Part shown: positions 47,334 through 59,000 of the stretch, in pieces
Layout of the letters: every line of letters begins with the position of its first letter
Position numbering within the stretch: the stretch's first letter is position 1
Translations under genes and position numbers: made by a program
Notes under the pieces: generated by a model
Told to the model about the DNA's origin: nothing
Seen by the model: the letters and a program-made list of their open reading frames with translations, nothing else
Databases searched by the model: none
Assembly (NCBI GenBank): GCA_047495785.1
Contig: JBLDXI010000032.1
Span: 3,286,001-3,350,000 of the forward strand
DNA from: Lepidodermella squamata
Lineage: Eukaryota > Animalia > Gastrotricha
Direction: 5' to 3'
Length of the DNA: 64,000 bases

Positions 47334-50300
47334 ATGCACCTGGTTAGGTTTCTCGGCCTCTTAATCGGGGTTGCTCTGCTGACCGGCCTAAGCAACACCA
47401 AATGGCTGCCGGTAAGGCTTGAACAATTTCGAAAACATCCTAATCTGTCCTAATCCTATCTTTTCATTAGAATGAAGATGGGAGTATTATTTGTCCTGAA
47501 GGAAAAGTGATCAGACAAGGGGACATCTGCGATGGTTACACCGATTGTAAAGATGAAAGCGACGAAATAGGGTGCATCTGTAAGGAGAATGAGGTCCGCT
47601 GCAATAACACGCGCTGCATTCGAAAAAGGTTGGACATCTTTCGCATTAACGGCCCATAATTTACGATTAAATTGTTTTTCTTTCCAGCTACATTTGTGAC
47701 GGTTACAAGACGTGCACTGATGGTAGTGACGAGTGGGATTGTCCGCCCTGCGCCGCCAATGAATTTCGATGTGCCAGCACCAAATGCATCAACGAAACTC
47801 AGCGCTGCGATGGCAATTTCGACTGCAGTGGGCTAGATGATGAGCTTAACTGCACATGTGAGTTAAATTAGCAGCTTTCAACAATTCCAGCTACAGTGTT
47901 GTGTGTTGTGTATAGCTTGCAGGCCAACTCACTTCCACTGCGAGACCGACAGGTGCATTTCTAGCGTTTTTCAGTGCGACGGTAACGACGATTGCAAAGA
48001 TGATTCATCTAGTGACGAGGATGCAACGATGTGCGAAGCCTACACTTGCCCGGAAGATCGATTCCGTTGCAATGACAACATATGCATTCCTAACTACAGG
48101 GTCTGCGATGGCATTGTACATTGCGAGGATGATGAACTGCAAAATTGCACCTGTTCGGCTGACCAGTTTGAATGCAAGATTCTTCATCAGTGCCTTGCCA
48201 GCCGGAGCTTGCAATGTAACGGCGTAAAGGATTGCTTCGATGGATCCGATGAACTCAACTGCGAAACTGTAAGCTAGATTAATTGATAGACATTACAGAT
48301 CAATTAAAAGCTTCAACGCTTAAATAGTGTCCGATATCCACTCATTTCCACTGCGAAAATGGGACCAAGTGCATACCCGATTTGTAAGAATTTTTAGGAT
48401 TTAAGAGCTCATAGTGTCACTCTTAAATTTCATTGTTTTATAGGAGCTATTGCGATAGGGTCCAAGACTGCGATGATGGAAGTGACGAGCGCTGTACAGA
48501 CTGTCCCGCTTTCTCCAAATTCAAATGCGCTAATTCTTCAAAATGCATCTCCATGAGGTTTGATTGATTTTCTGCGCCAATCTATTAATCAAACGGCTAT
48601 TTTTATTAGTTTCCGTTGTGATGGGGATCAGGTATAATAATTATGAGGTCTATTAAAATACTTACAAGAGTTTTTTCTAGGATTGTGGGACGGACGATTT
48701 GTCTGACGAAATGAACTGTCCACCATGCCCAGAATTCACTTGTGCCAACGGAAAATGTATGAATAATTCTACAATTTGCAACGGCCAGAGGGATTGCTCA
48801 GATGGCAGTGATGAGCAAAATTGCTCAGGTTACATATCGGATATCGCAGCAACTTCTTAGTGAATGGAGGAAATTTACTCTTTTGTGTAGAATGCTACTT
48901 CGACGGATTTTTATGCGCAAACAAACGATGTGTTCAATCGTCTTATCGGTAAAAATTTCGGCTTGTTTTATTCAGTTATTACGCATTTCTCATGAAGATG
49001 CGATGGCGAGAATGACTGCATCGATAGTTCTGACGAGATCGATTGCTTGAACATTCCTTGCGATAACAGCACGCGTTTCCATTGTTCCGATGGATTATGC
49101 ATCCCACAAACGCGACGTTGCGATGGTATAAAGCACTGTTCGGATGACGAAATCAGCTGCCCATGCAGCGGCTTCACTTGTGGCGATGGAACATGCATTC
49201 TTGCCCGCAGCCAGTGTGACGGAAGAAAGGATTGCAGGGACGGATCTGACGAAAATTGCGATGACCCATCAGTATTCATTTGCCTGCGGTGAATAGCTAA
49301 TAAGCCCTTTTAAATTTTATTCCTAGGAATGCCCTACAGGTCGCCCATATTTATGCAATGGCACTACTAACTGCATTCCATCATCGTAGTTTTTGACAAT
49401 TTCCCTTGTTTTCCCATCCGTATTTATCCGCTGCTCAGGTTTGTATGCGATGGTGTGGCCGACTGTCCTACTGGAGACGATGACGATGAAGCAATCTGTG
49501 ACTCGTGCACTTATTTCGGAAATGACGCCAGAACATGGAAATGTGGCAATTCTACAAAATGTGTTAAGCTAAGTGACCGCTGCGATGGCTACAACGACTG
49601 CAATAACAATGCTGACGAACAAAACTGCTTAGGCTGGCCTTGTGCCGATAATAGATTTCAATGCAGCGACGGCATTTGCCTAAAACAAATGCAAGTCTGC
49701 GATTCGACTAGAAACTGCGCGAACGACGAGGTCAACTGCACGTGCAATAGCTTCCAAACAACATGCCCTTCAGGTGATTGCGTTTTCTTGTCAGCATTTT
49801 GCGACGGTAAGGTGGATTGCTACGACGGTTGGGACGAGTCGAACTGCACCATGGTAAATAAGACTATAACCATACGAAGAAGTTCCATTTTGATTTCGTT
49901 TATCATTTTAACCAGTGTCCAAACGCCGATGATTACAAGTGTAACAATTCTACAAAATGCATAGCGGCAAGATACGTCTGTGATAGAAGTACCGATTGTC
50001 CGTTCGGCGACGACCAAAGCAACTGCGACGTTTGCCCACCAGACAGACCTTTTAAATGTGCCAATGCTAGCACTTGCCTTCCTGCTTAGTGAGTCATTCT
50101 TGCTATTGATAGACGGCTCGTGTAAACTTTATAATACAATAGTTACGTCTGCGATGGAGATCCGGTAGGTTATTCTTGGAATCATAATCTGCGGTAATAA
50201 AAGATCCGTTTGAAATTTAGGATTGCGGAAACGGAGACATGTCTGATGAAATATGCCCGCCGTGCTCAGCTGACGAGTTCCGATGCTCGACTGGCAGGTG

Positions 50301-50451
50301 CATTCCAATCTCGAAGAGGTGCGATGGATCGAGTGATTGCCGCAATGACGAATCCGATTGCACGGCCTGCGTTGGTACCGGCGTTTACTGCCCAAGCACT
50401 AGATCTTGCATGTCTTCTGGAATGCCGTGCTCGCCTTTAGCGATGCCGTGA
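47334..50451 (+). CDS. Secreted protein made of about 19 tandem LDL-receptor class A repeats
   Basis: Signal exon [20 protein letters not shown]; repeated F.C..G.CI....CDG..DC.D.SDE..C across many short exons, including two 22-nt micro-exons; no TM segment before the stop. Confidence 0.82.
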
Positions 50452-51020
50452 ATACCGAACCCTATACCGAACCCTTAACCTGCCAGTACTAGGAGTTGTT
50501 TATGCCATGTTTATATGATTGAGCTTCAATGGAATAATAAAGAATCAGACAATATCGTGTTTACCGCTTTAGATCTTATAGTTTTTGAACTAAGGGCCCT
50601 ACAAGGCAATAAGTGAGGCCTGAACAATATGTAAAACAATATCGATTCAACGAAAATTCACGAGTTTTTTCTTTTTCATGGTGGCATTAGTGCGGTCCCC
50701 GCGTTTATTTTTGAATCGACCTACAGCGCACGATGAATTAATTGTTAGGGAAAACTAGCCGTTTGCGGCAATTTAATAGCCGGCGGAAACCCCCGCTGAT
50801 CCGTAAATGTGCCTTATTAAGTTATATGGCTATAATTTGAGTTAAAGCTCGAAACTAGTTCATCATAACGTGCGATGACTGTTTACGCACATCAGTAGCT
50901 TCCACACCACCACGTATGTTGAAATGCTAATGGCCATCAAGGTGCCGATGGGCTTCAATAGAAAGTAAGATTATATACCCATGCTTGGTTTCAGACACAT
51001 TTTTTCTCAAAACAATTGAA

Positions 51021-53562
51021 ATGCACTTCGTAAGGTTTCTTGGCCTCCTACTCGGGTTGGCGCTCTTTACTTGTTTAACTAATACTAAATTGATATTTGT
51101 AAGTCCTGAACTTTTCAGCAGACATTCTAATCTGTCGCATTGTGCCTTTCGAAGAGCGGAAATAGCGGTAAATGCCCTGATGGAGATGTGATTTGGCGAG
51201 GGGAAATCTGCGATGGTTTCGCTCAGTGTAGTGATGAAAGTGACGAAATGGACTGCCCTTGCACGGATGAACAGTTCCGCTGTAACAACACACGCTGCAT
51301 TCATAAGGGGCAAGTATTTATAAACCTGATGGCATTGTTTTTAATCAACTTAATCTATGAAGCCTCGTTTGTGACTTCTCCAAGTCTTGTGGTGATGGCA
51401 GTGACGAGTGGGATTGCCCGCCTTGTGCTACTAACGAATTTCGATGCACTAACAACAGGTGCATCAACGAAACCCTGCGCTGTGATGGCAAAAACGATTG
51501 CAATGGTGGAGAGGATGAAGCTAACTGTACATGTGAGTGGATGAAACAATTAAAAGAATCTAGCAAGAAACAAGACTTTCAAATGATTTTTAGCATGCGG
51601 GCCACGTGGATTTCACTGTAAAACCGGCTTATGCATTAAGGCTTCTTACCTTTGCGACGGTGAAGACGATTGCGAAGATGGCTCTGCAAGTGATGAAGAT
51701 CCAACAATCTGCAATACCTACACTTGCCCGGAAGATCGATTCCATTGCAGTGATAATAAATGCATTCCAAAATACAGGGTCTGCAATGGTGTTGTCAATT
51801 GCGCGGATGATGAATTTCAAAACTGTAACTGCACGACGGACCAGTTCGAATGCAAGATTCGGAAGCAGTGCATACCGGAGAGCTATCAGTGCGATGGTAA
51901 AAAAGATTGCCTCGACGGTACCGATGAACTCAACTGCGAAACGGTAAATTCCATTCATTAATGCAACGAGTAGCAATTTACATACTTAACCAGTGCCCAA
52001 TACCTGGTTTCTTTCACTGCGATAATGTTAACAAATGCATACCTGATTGGTAAAATTTTCAAAGAGCTCGTCCTATTCAAAAATTATACTTTATTTTATA
52101 CTGAGGAAATACTGCAATACGGTCGATGACTGTGGTGACGGCAGCGACGAGCGTTGTGAGGAATGTCCTGCATTTTCCAAGTTCAAGTGTACCAATTCTA
52201 CTAAATGCATCTATAACTAGTTAGCTAGATTATTAGCTAAAATAACATATATCCGTATTTTCTCATTCTTAGCCTCCGATGTAATGGCGATCGTGTAAAG
52301 CCTTGCCCATTTTTGATATTGAGATTTCATACGATTTGATAGGATTGTGGTGATAACGACATATCTGACGAAATTAACTGCCCACCATGCCCAGAATTTA
52401 CCTGCGCCAGCAATCGAAGATGCGTCAAGAATGCCGTTGTTTGTGACGGCTCGTCCGACTGCTTGGATAGCTCGGATGAAACAAATTGCTGGAATGTTCA
52501 GTGTGACAATTCTTCGCGTTTCCGTTGCTCCGATGGATTATGCATCTTACAGTCGCGTCGTTGCGATGGCTACAAACATTGCTCAAATGACGAAATCGAT
52601 TGTCCTTGCAAGGGCTTTATTTGTGGCGATGGAACCTGCCTAACTGCGGAAAGTCAGTGCAATGGAGCCAAGGAATGCACAGACGGATCTGACGAGATAT
52701 TATGTATCGATTCAGCGGTAATAAGATTTGACCATGAACATATATCATACGGAATTGCTCGTTGATTTAATTCTTAGAAATGCCCTGTTGGACGCCCTTT
52801 TTTATGCAGCGGCACAACGAAATGCATTGCATCTTCGTAAATTTCCAACAGTAGCTTAGTCTCGTGAGTTTAATCCCTTTTTTCTAGGCGCCTTTGCAAT
52901 GGTGCGGCTGACTGCTCCACTGGGGATGACGAAGCGGCCTGCGCTTCATGCATTCTTTCTGCTGCTGACGAAAGAACGTGGAAGTGTGGCAATTCTACAC
53001 AATGCGTTAAGCGAAGTCATCGCTGCAATGGCCACACTTACGACTGCTTGAACAATGCTGACGAAGAATACTGTAACTGAACTGAAATATCAATATTCTT
53101 TCGTGAGAAGCGTTAGTGCTGCAAGGAGCCACTTCTAATATTATTAACAGTTAACATAACGTATTCAATAATTACGTTGAGAAGAATGCTGATGAAAATA
53201 AACGACATCTGTGGTGAGGCGCCTTGATAATGCCAATTGCTAAACGTTGAAAATCGGTGATTATGCTGGCCTTGTGCGTGTGATGGTAGATTCCGAAGCA
53301 GTGACGGCATTTGTCTCCATCGATTCGGAGTATGCGATTCAATAAAAAACTGTGCGAACGACGAGGTCAACTGCACTTGCACGCATTCAAACAAGATGCC
53401 CTTCAAGGTATTGCGTTTCATTCACAGCGTTTCGCGACGGAAAAGCGGATTGCTACGACGGCTGGGAAGAGTCGAACTGCACTACTGTAAGATTCGAAGG
53501 CTTTAATCTGGCCCATGGTGGGTCGTTAAACTTCTAGTGCCCGAACGCTGATTATTACAGTG
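51021..53562 (+). pseudogene. Second LDLa-repeat gene, disrupted paralog
   Basis: Same signal exon and repeat order with one repeat deleted. Insertion at ~53075-53260, frameshift and Cys losses near 53290-53440, truncated at ~53562. Confidence 0.72.
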
Positions 53563-53564
53563 AC

Positions 53565-53830
53565 ACGAACACGAAAGTGGGAGTCATTGACCTGAAGATT
53601 TGCATCGAAAATTCGCCGACCCAATTTGAAGACGCTGATAAGATGAAGCGTGAGCACTGCCTGCCCTGCGTTCCTTACCTGATGGAAGTGTACAAATTGA
53701 AGTCTATCGACGTCAGTGGCGTTTTTATTGGAGCCCGTGGCACCGTGAAACGTGGTCTCATTGAACTTTTTCAAATGCTTGATCTTAATAAAAGGCTTAA
53801 TAAAATGATGCCTTAATTTCAGTAATTTAC
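53565..53830 (+). mobile_element. Fragment of an R2/NeSL-like non-LTR restriction-like endonuclease domain
   Basis: VID...E......A...K..(H/Y)...V.GVFIGARGT pattern typical of REL-endonuclease retrotransposon C-termini. Confidence 0.55.
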
Positions 53831-54221
53831 TACAGGCAAGCAGTTAGATTCTATCTGCCATGTGTTATGAAACGGAAACGTTCATAACAACAGCGGAAAT
53901 GTCCTCATAAGGCAGTGTTTGATTCTTGATTAATCGCAGCGGAAGAGTATATTAGCGGAAATGCATTTAGCTGACATACATTTCAAGGTAAAATTTACAA
54001 ACGGAAATTCTAAAGCGGACGCTAAGAGGTGAAACCCAATACACAAATGATACAGATGATTCTCACCAAACGGCTTTGTCGTGCTGATGTAGCTGATGTA
54101 ATAACTTTATGCCATATACTAAAACGAGACCAACAGAAAAGAGCGATATTCCATTTTTTCTTTCATTTTACAAATTTCACTCCGCCAACTCCGCCTGACA
54201 ACGCCAACTTTTCATTCCTTT

Positions 54222-54340
54222 TACCGCGTTCTCATTCTCCTGCTCTGAGGCGTGTTAGTTGGAGCTCTTGTCGCATCAATAAGCCCTGCTTCGCTCGCGA
54301 TTATTGTTTCAACTTTGTCCCTACTAATCGTGGGTTCAGA
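54222..54340 (+). pseudogene. Second duplicated TM6-TM7 fragment of the class C GPCR
   Basis: gtgttagttggagctcttgtcg...ctcgcgatt.ttgtttcaa.tttg..cta.t.atcgtggg matches 29213-29293. Confidence 0.72.
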
Positions 54341-54633
54341 CAATTTTTTCGGGATTTCGGCGATCACCCCTGCTTCAACGACAGCATCTCGGCGAGAATA
54401 CTTTGCTATCCCAAATTTGAGTGAAGAAACTGAACCATTTACAGGCTGACCTATCGTGAAAAGGACCCTAGCTCCATTACTTAAATTTGATTAAACATTT
54501 AGTTTATGGAGTTGCAAAACCGACGCGAAGTCCACACTAATGCGCAACTCAGCGAGCGTTAGATTATGATAAGGCCACCGGCCACCTGATAAAGGTTGTC
54601 TTTTAGGCTGACTTTACAAAACTTACCGACATA

Positions 54634-55103
54634 ATGGCAACTTTTCTAACCTTGACTGTATTGCTGGCAGTCGCTGCCTTGCCAGCATTCGGAGCCTACA
54701 TCTGCAATTCAAGTAAGTATACGCCTTTGGGAGCTTGGTATGGCGAAAGCAGGGAGTGCGTTGCGTTGGTGAAGTTCGCCTGCGGGGCCCCGCAAACGGC
54801 GCAGTGGAAACGCGGCCGTTTGGTCAAAGGTAGCAACGTTACCAAGTTCACTGCTATTGCGACCTTCGAGGCTGCTAACAACAAATACAAAGGACACGCT
54901 GCTGTTTATATCGGTCAAAATAAAGACGGTATTCAGGTATGCTATTTTCCTTTATTTTCCTCAATTTATAAGATGGATTGCGGATTTAGGTTGTGGATCA
55001 ATGGAACACCCCGCCAGCTGTGGCAGCTCACCAGCGGACCATTCGTTTTATTGGCGGCAATGGAATTTCGAATGACGGCACCAAATTCTACGTCATCGAA
55101 TAG
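54634..55103 (+). CDS. dae2-like peptidoglycan amidase, copy 3
   Basis: Exons 54634-54936 and 54990-55103. ECVALVK...TAIATF...YKGHAAVYIGQNKDGIQVVDQW...SNDGTKFYVIE*. Confidence 0.88.
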
Positions 55104-55423
55104 AACCTAAGATGAACTTCTAGAGCCGGAAAGAATTGATTGCTAAAGGCAAATTTCGTATAAAAAAAACTGACACAGTGAAACCGTTTTATGAGAGTTT
55201 AAGGTGCCCTACAAGTATACGTAAATTTAAACAATATTTTCCCGAGTTAGAAATGGAGACTGATTCGACTTCGAAATTAATAAATGATTTCTATGATTTT
55301 AAAGCGAACACAATTTATTTAATAACAATTTTAACAACGATAACCTAAACTAGCTAAAACCGTATAAGTCAACCCGACCAAAGCACTTTGCATTCGGGAA
55401 ATTAGCTATAAACTTGGGGGTAA

Positions 55424-56365
55424 CTATCTCGTAAAAACTAATGCAAGAATGGGAAGAGGTAGCAACCAAAGCGTCCAGTTCTTTGATGAAGCAGAAGCTC
55501 GCACGCATGATAACACAACAGGGGCAGAAGTTCCCCATACCGGGGCGTTATTCGCAACGTCATTACAAAAGTTTTTATCGGTATTGCAATTGTCGGAGCA
55601 GCAACGGCAACCCTAAAATCGATTCAGTTACATAATTACGACTTTTCTTAGACATTTGCAAGAAACAACCTGGGATAACTCCTTCGATCCCTCTTTAATA
55701 GAAGTAGACACAGTTCGACAACGGGGCCATGGTTTTTTAGGATCTTCAGGGTATTCACAAAAGTAAGAAACCAGTCCAGTACTGAAAACGTACTCTTTCT
55801 ACATCATCGAAATCGTCGGAAACTTACAAAATTAGCAAACTATTGATCAACTTACGCCACAACGAGAGCAATTCGTCAAAGTAATCGGAGGTTTAGTTTG
55901 ATCTCGAAGATTGTCCTGGCACGTGATGAAGTTAATTTTCCGTTCGACGTCCCTTAGCAGGTAAATGAAATTGGGATCATCATGGGCGCGACAAGTATTC
56001 ACCGAGTTGCACTTTTCAGTACAGCATGAACATGTCTTAAAAAATCGTTTGAAGTAAAATTGAAAGAAGTAAATTTTATGGAGCACCTTTCTTATGTAAA
56101 GACCAGAAGCATCGGCTCTCAAAGAGCTGTAGTTGCGACAAACTGGTTCGGTTAGTTCGGTTTCGCAACCGAATTGATCGTTCCAAAAGTAAGTTCCAGC
56201 CGCCTGAGAATAATCCAGGGAGATTTGCTGGGTACATGCCTTGCAACAATTGGCACTTTTCGTGCCCGTATGATCTGTGAAACAGGTAAGGCATGCCGAT
56301 AAATCGAAGTAACAGCAGATAATTAAAAGCGATGAGATTATTTTTCCAAGATGAGGTAGAGCCAT
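55424..56365 (-). CDS. Two-domain three-finger protein, type A, intact, GPI-type tail
   Basis: MALPHLGK signal peptide; LTCF..CCKAC..C..C..CSCCTEKCN; FITC..CSRC..C..C..CRCCSDNCN; tail ...SSKNWTLWLLPLPILALVFTR*. Confidence 0.8.
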
Positions 56366-56576
56366 AGTCGTTCGCAGCGAAAGAAATTCTTATAGCAGGA
56401 GCCAAAAACTGAGTGCATTTTCTTGAAATTGTTTTAGCAGCTGTCGAGTCTTTTGTTTGCAAAAAATTGACAAAACGTAAAAATGCTTCGTTTATTGCAA
56501 GAAAAATCATCGAAAAAATTAAGGAAGCTGCTTCAGTTGGTGGCCATTGTCAGAATGATAAGAGCAAGACTGAAGG

Positions 56577-57447
56577 TTAATTTCCCGAACTTTCCGGCGA
56601 AGAAGCAACCTCTTTGACAGATGCAACAGTTGTTGTGGGTGCTGCTGTTGTCTTAGCTGCGATCTCGACTAGCTCAGGGCAAAAGCTATCGGCTGCGTTG
56701 CAGTTGTCGTAACAGCATTGACATCCCTTAAGACGATTTGCAATTCTAAATTAAGTTTAAAAAAGAATTATAACTTACGGTTGTGGTAAATGGATAAGGT
56801 GATTCTCCGCAACGGGCCCAAGGTTTCGTTGGATCGGCAGGGAATACGCATACGTAGGAGATAGCATCTTCACCAGCCCTGATTGTTTTCTGCATACAAA
56901 TTAAAATAAGCCTATTCATCGACTCGGCAGATTTGAAGACTTGCCACACATGACGAGCAATTTCTTAGGGTCAGCATCGATCTATCTGGTGAGAAAACGT
57001 TGTCTTTGCAGGTAACGAATTTGATCGTCCGTTCATATCGTCGAACGAGAGACTTGAAATCACGATCTTCCTCTGCCGAGCAGCTCAATTTGTTGCAGTT
57101 TTCAGAGCAACATTTACATTTCTGCGTAAACAAATTCAAGATGTAATCAAATCATCATTAACGCACACCTTCCTGAAGTTGAGACCTCTTGGGTCAGCAG
57201 TAACAGACATTGAATAATGGCATTCTTCGGTCGAATTTGTGACACAGTCGTAAGACGTTGTCGAATAGTAAGTGCCATTTTCTCTTGAATAATCCTTGCT
57301 CAAGAATGCTGTACACGCCAAGCAATCAGTTGCTGTTGTAGTACCATCACTTCCTGTGAAGCAGGTTATCGCGAGTGAAGATGGCGCGCAGAAAATTACA
57401 AGAAGGAAAACGTGAGAAACAGTAACTTGAATAGTAGAGCTCAGCAT
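56577..57447 (-). CDS. Two-domain three-finger protein, type B copy 4, GPI tail lost by 1-nt deletion
   Basis: Four exons otherwise intact; ends ...VKEVASSPESSGN*. The old hydrophobic tail is still present out of frame to 56533. Confidence 0.75.
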
Positions 57448-58045
57448 TTGTTTTTATTAAGGCCTATAGAACGCGATAATTTTCTAGAATTATAACTTTT
57501 TTATCGATTGGATTAATAAAATTCAAGATTCATCTAAAAGACGAACAAATTTAGCGTAATCCTATAGGTATAAGGTGAATATTTGTGTGAAAAAGCGGCG
57601 CTTTAGCATGCAGGTACTACAACATGGCTCTCTTACTAAAATTACTAGGTGAACATTCCGTAGGCCACGAGAGCCATGCGTGCTGCGTGGAAGAATAGCA
57701 CCTTGGCTTGTACTATCATAAAAATTGCGATTTGTGGATACTGCCTACTTCGGGAATTTCACATCGAAAGAGGAATTTTTACGGAAATATTAGCGGTAAA
57801 ATATTCTCCACTTGTCCTAATCGGAAAATTGCCTCTTATGCAGCATTGATTAGGTCTAGATTCAGTTGAGAGTTCAAGGCCATTTGTATCCAAGGATGAA
57901 GTTCGAAGCCTCCAGTTCATCATAAAAATGACATGAAGATCGACTGAAATGGTTAAAATTTATTTTACAGTAAATTACCAGGGAAATTCAAAGCAAAATT
58001 ATCACACTCAGAAGCAAGAATAATATCAATTAAAAGAAGGCTGAA

Positions 58046-59000
58046 TTAATTGGTCATGATGATTTTGGCAAAAATAGAAATCGCCCAAAGGTTCAGTACT
58101 CCGATTCTTTCAAGTGACGATGCCATCCCTTTCCCGGATGCAGTTGTTGTTGCCGCCGTGGTCGAAGCCATCAGTTCACGTAGCTCAGGGCAAAAAGCGT
58201 CATTCGAGTTGCAATTTGCCGTGCAGCATTGGCATGACTAAAAAATCCAAAATTACCTTCACCCAATTTTAGAATAAAAAAACGAACCTTGGCTGTTGTC
58301 GTAGAGCCTGAGGAATACTTTGTTGTGCTGTTTTTACAGCGAGCCCATGGTTTGGTCGGTTCGGAAGGGAAGGCACATACATAGGAGACAGATGCCGATC
58401 CTATTCTGAATTCTTTCTGTTTTATAAAACCATATCTGAGTTTTTGCGTGATTTTTTCAAATTTGTTTACCGAACAATAAGAGCAGTTAGTAAGGGTTTG
58501 CATCGATTTTGTTGGCGAGAAGACATTGTCTGCGCAAGTTATAAAATTGATCTTGCGTTCATGATCCCGAACTAGAGACGTGAAATTCGGGTCGTCATTC
58601 GTAGAGCAGCTGCCAACTTTGTTACAGTTATCAGCGCAACAGGTACATTTCTGTGGGGGTAAATTGGACAAAACCTTCACTCAGAGCAAAAAACTGGCAG
58701 CTTTATTTTACTCACCTTTAAAAAGTAAAGACCGGTGTCAATACTTGCTTCAATCATGCTTGACTCTTTGCACGTTGGTTCGGTCGAATTGGTTACGCAG
58801 TCGTAGGATGAAGTCCAGAGGTAAGTGCCGTTGGCGGTTGAATACTCCTTATTCACAGTCGCGGTACAAGCCAGGCATCCTAATGCAAGAGACGCTCCGT
58901 TACTACCCGTCAGACAAGTGATCCCATGCGATACGGGTGCCAATAAAATTCTCAGCAACAGGACTCTCAAAACATGATAATTCAAATTTAATTTAGTCAT
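58046..59000 (-). CDS. Two-domain three-finger protein, type C, GPI-type tail
   Basis: ITCLTG..CLAC..; CTCCADNCN; CQCCTANCN; tail ...RIGVLNLWAISIFAKIIMTN*. Confidence 0.8.

Noticed and set aside
54634-55110. The unspliced 158-aa ORF (and 29586-30011) as the true amidase protein
   Set aside because: It reads through the intron and loses the conserved DQW...SNDG..FYVIE terminus that splicing restores in all three copies.
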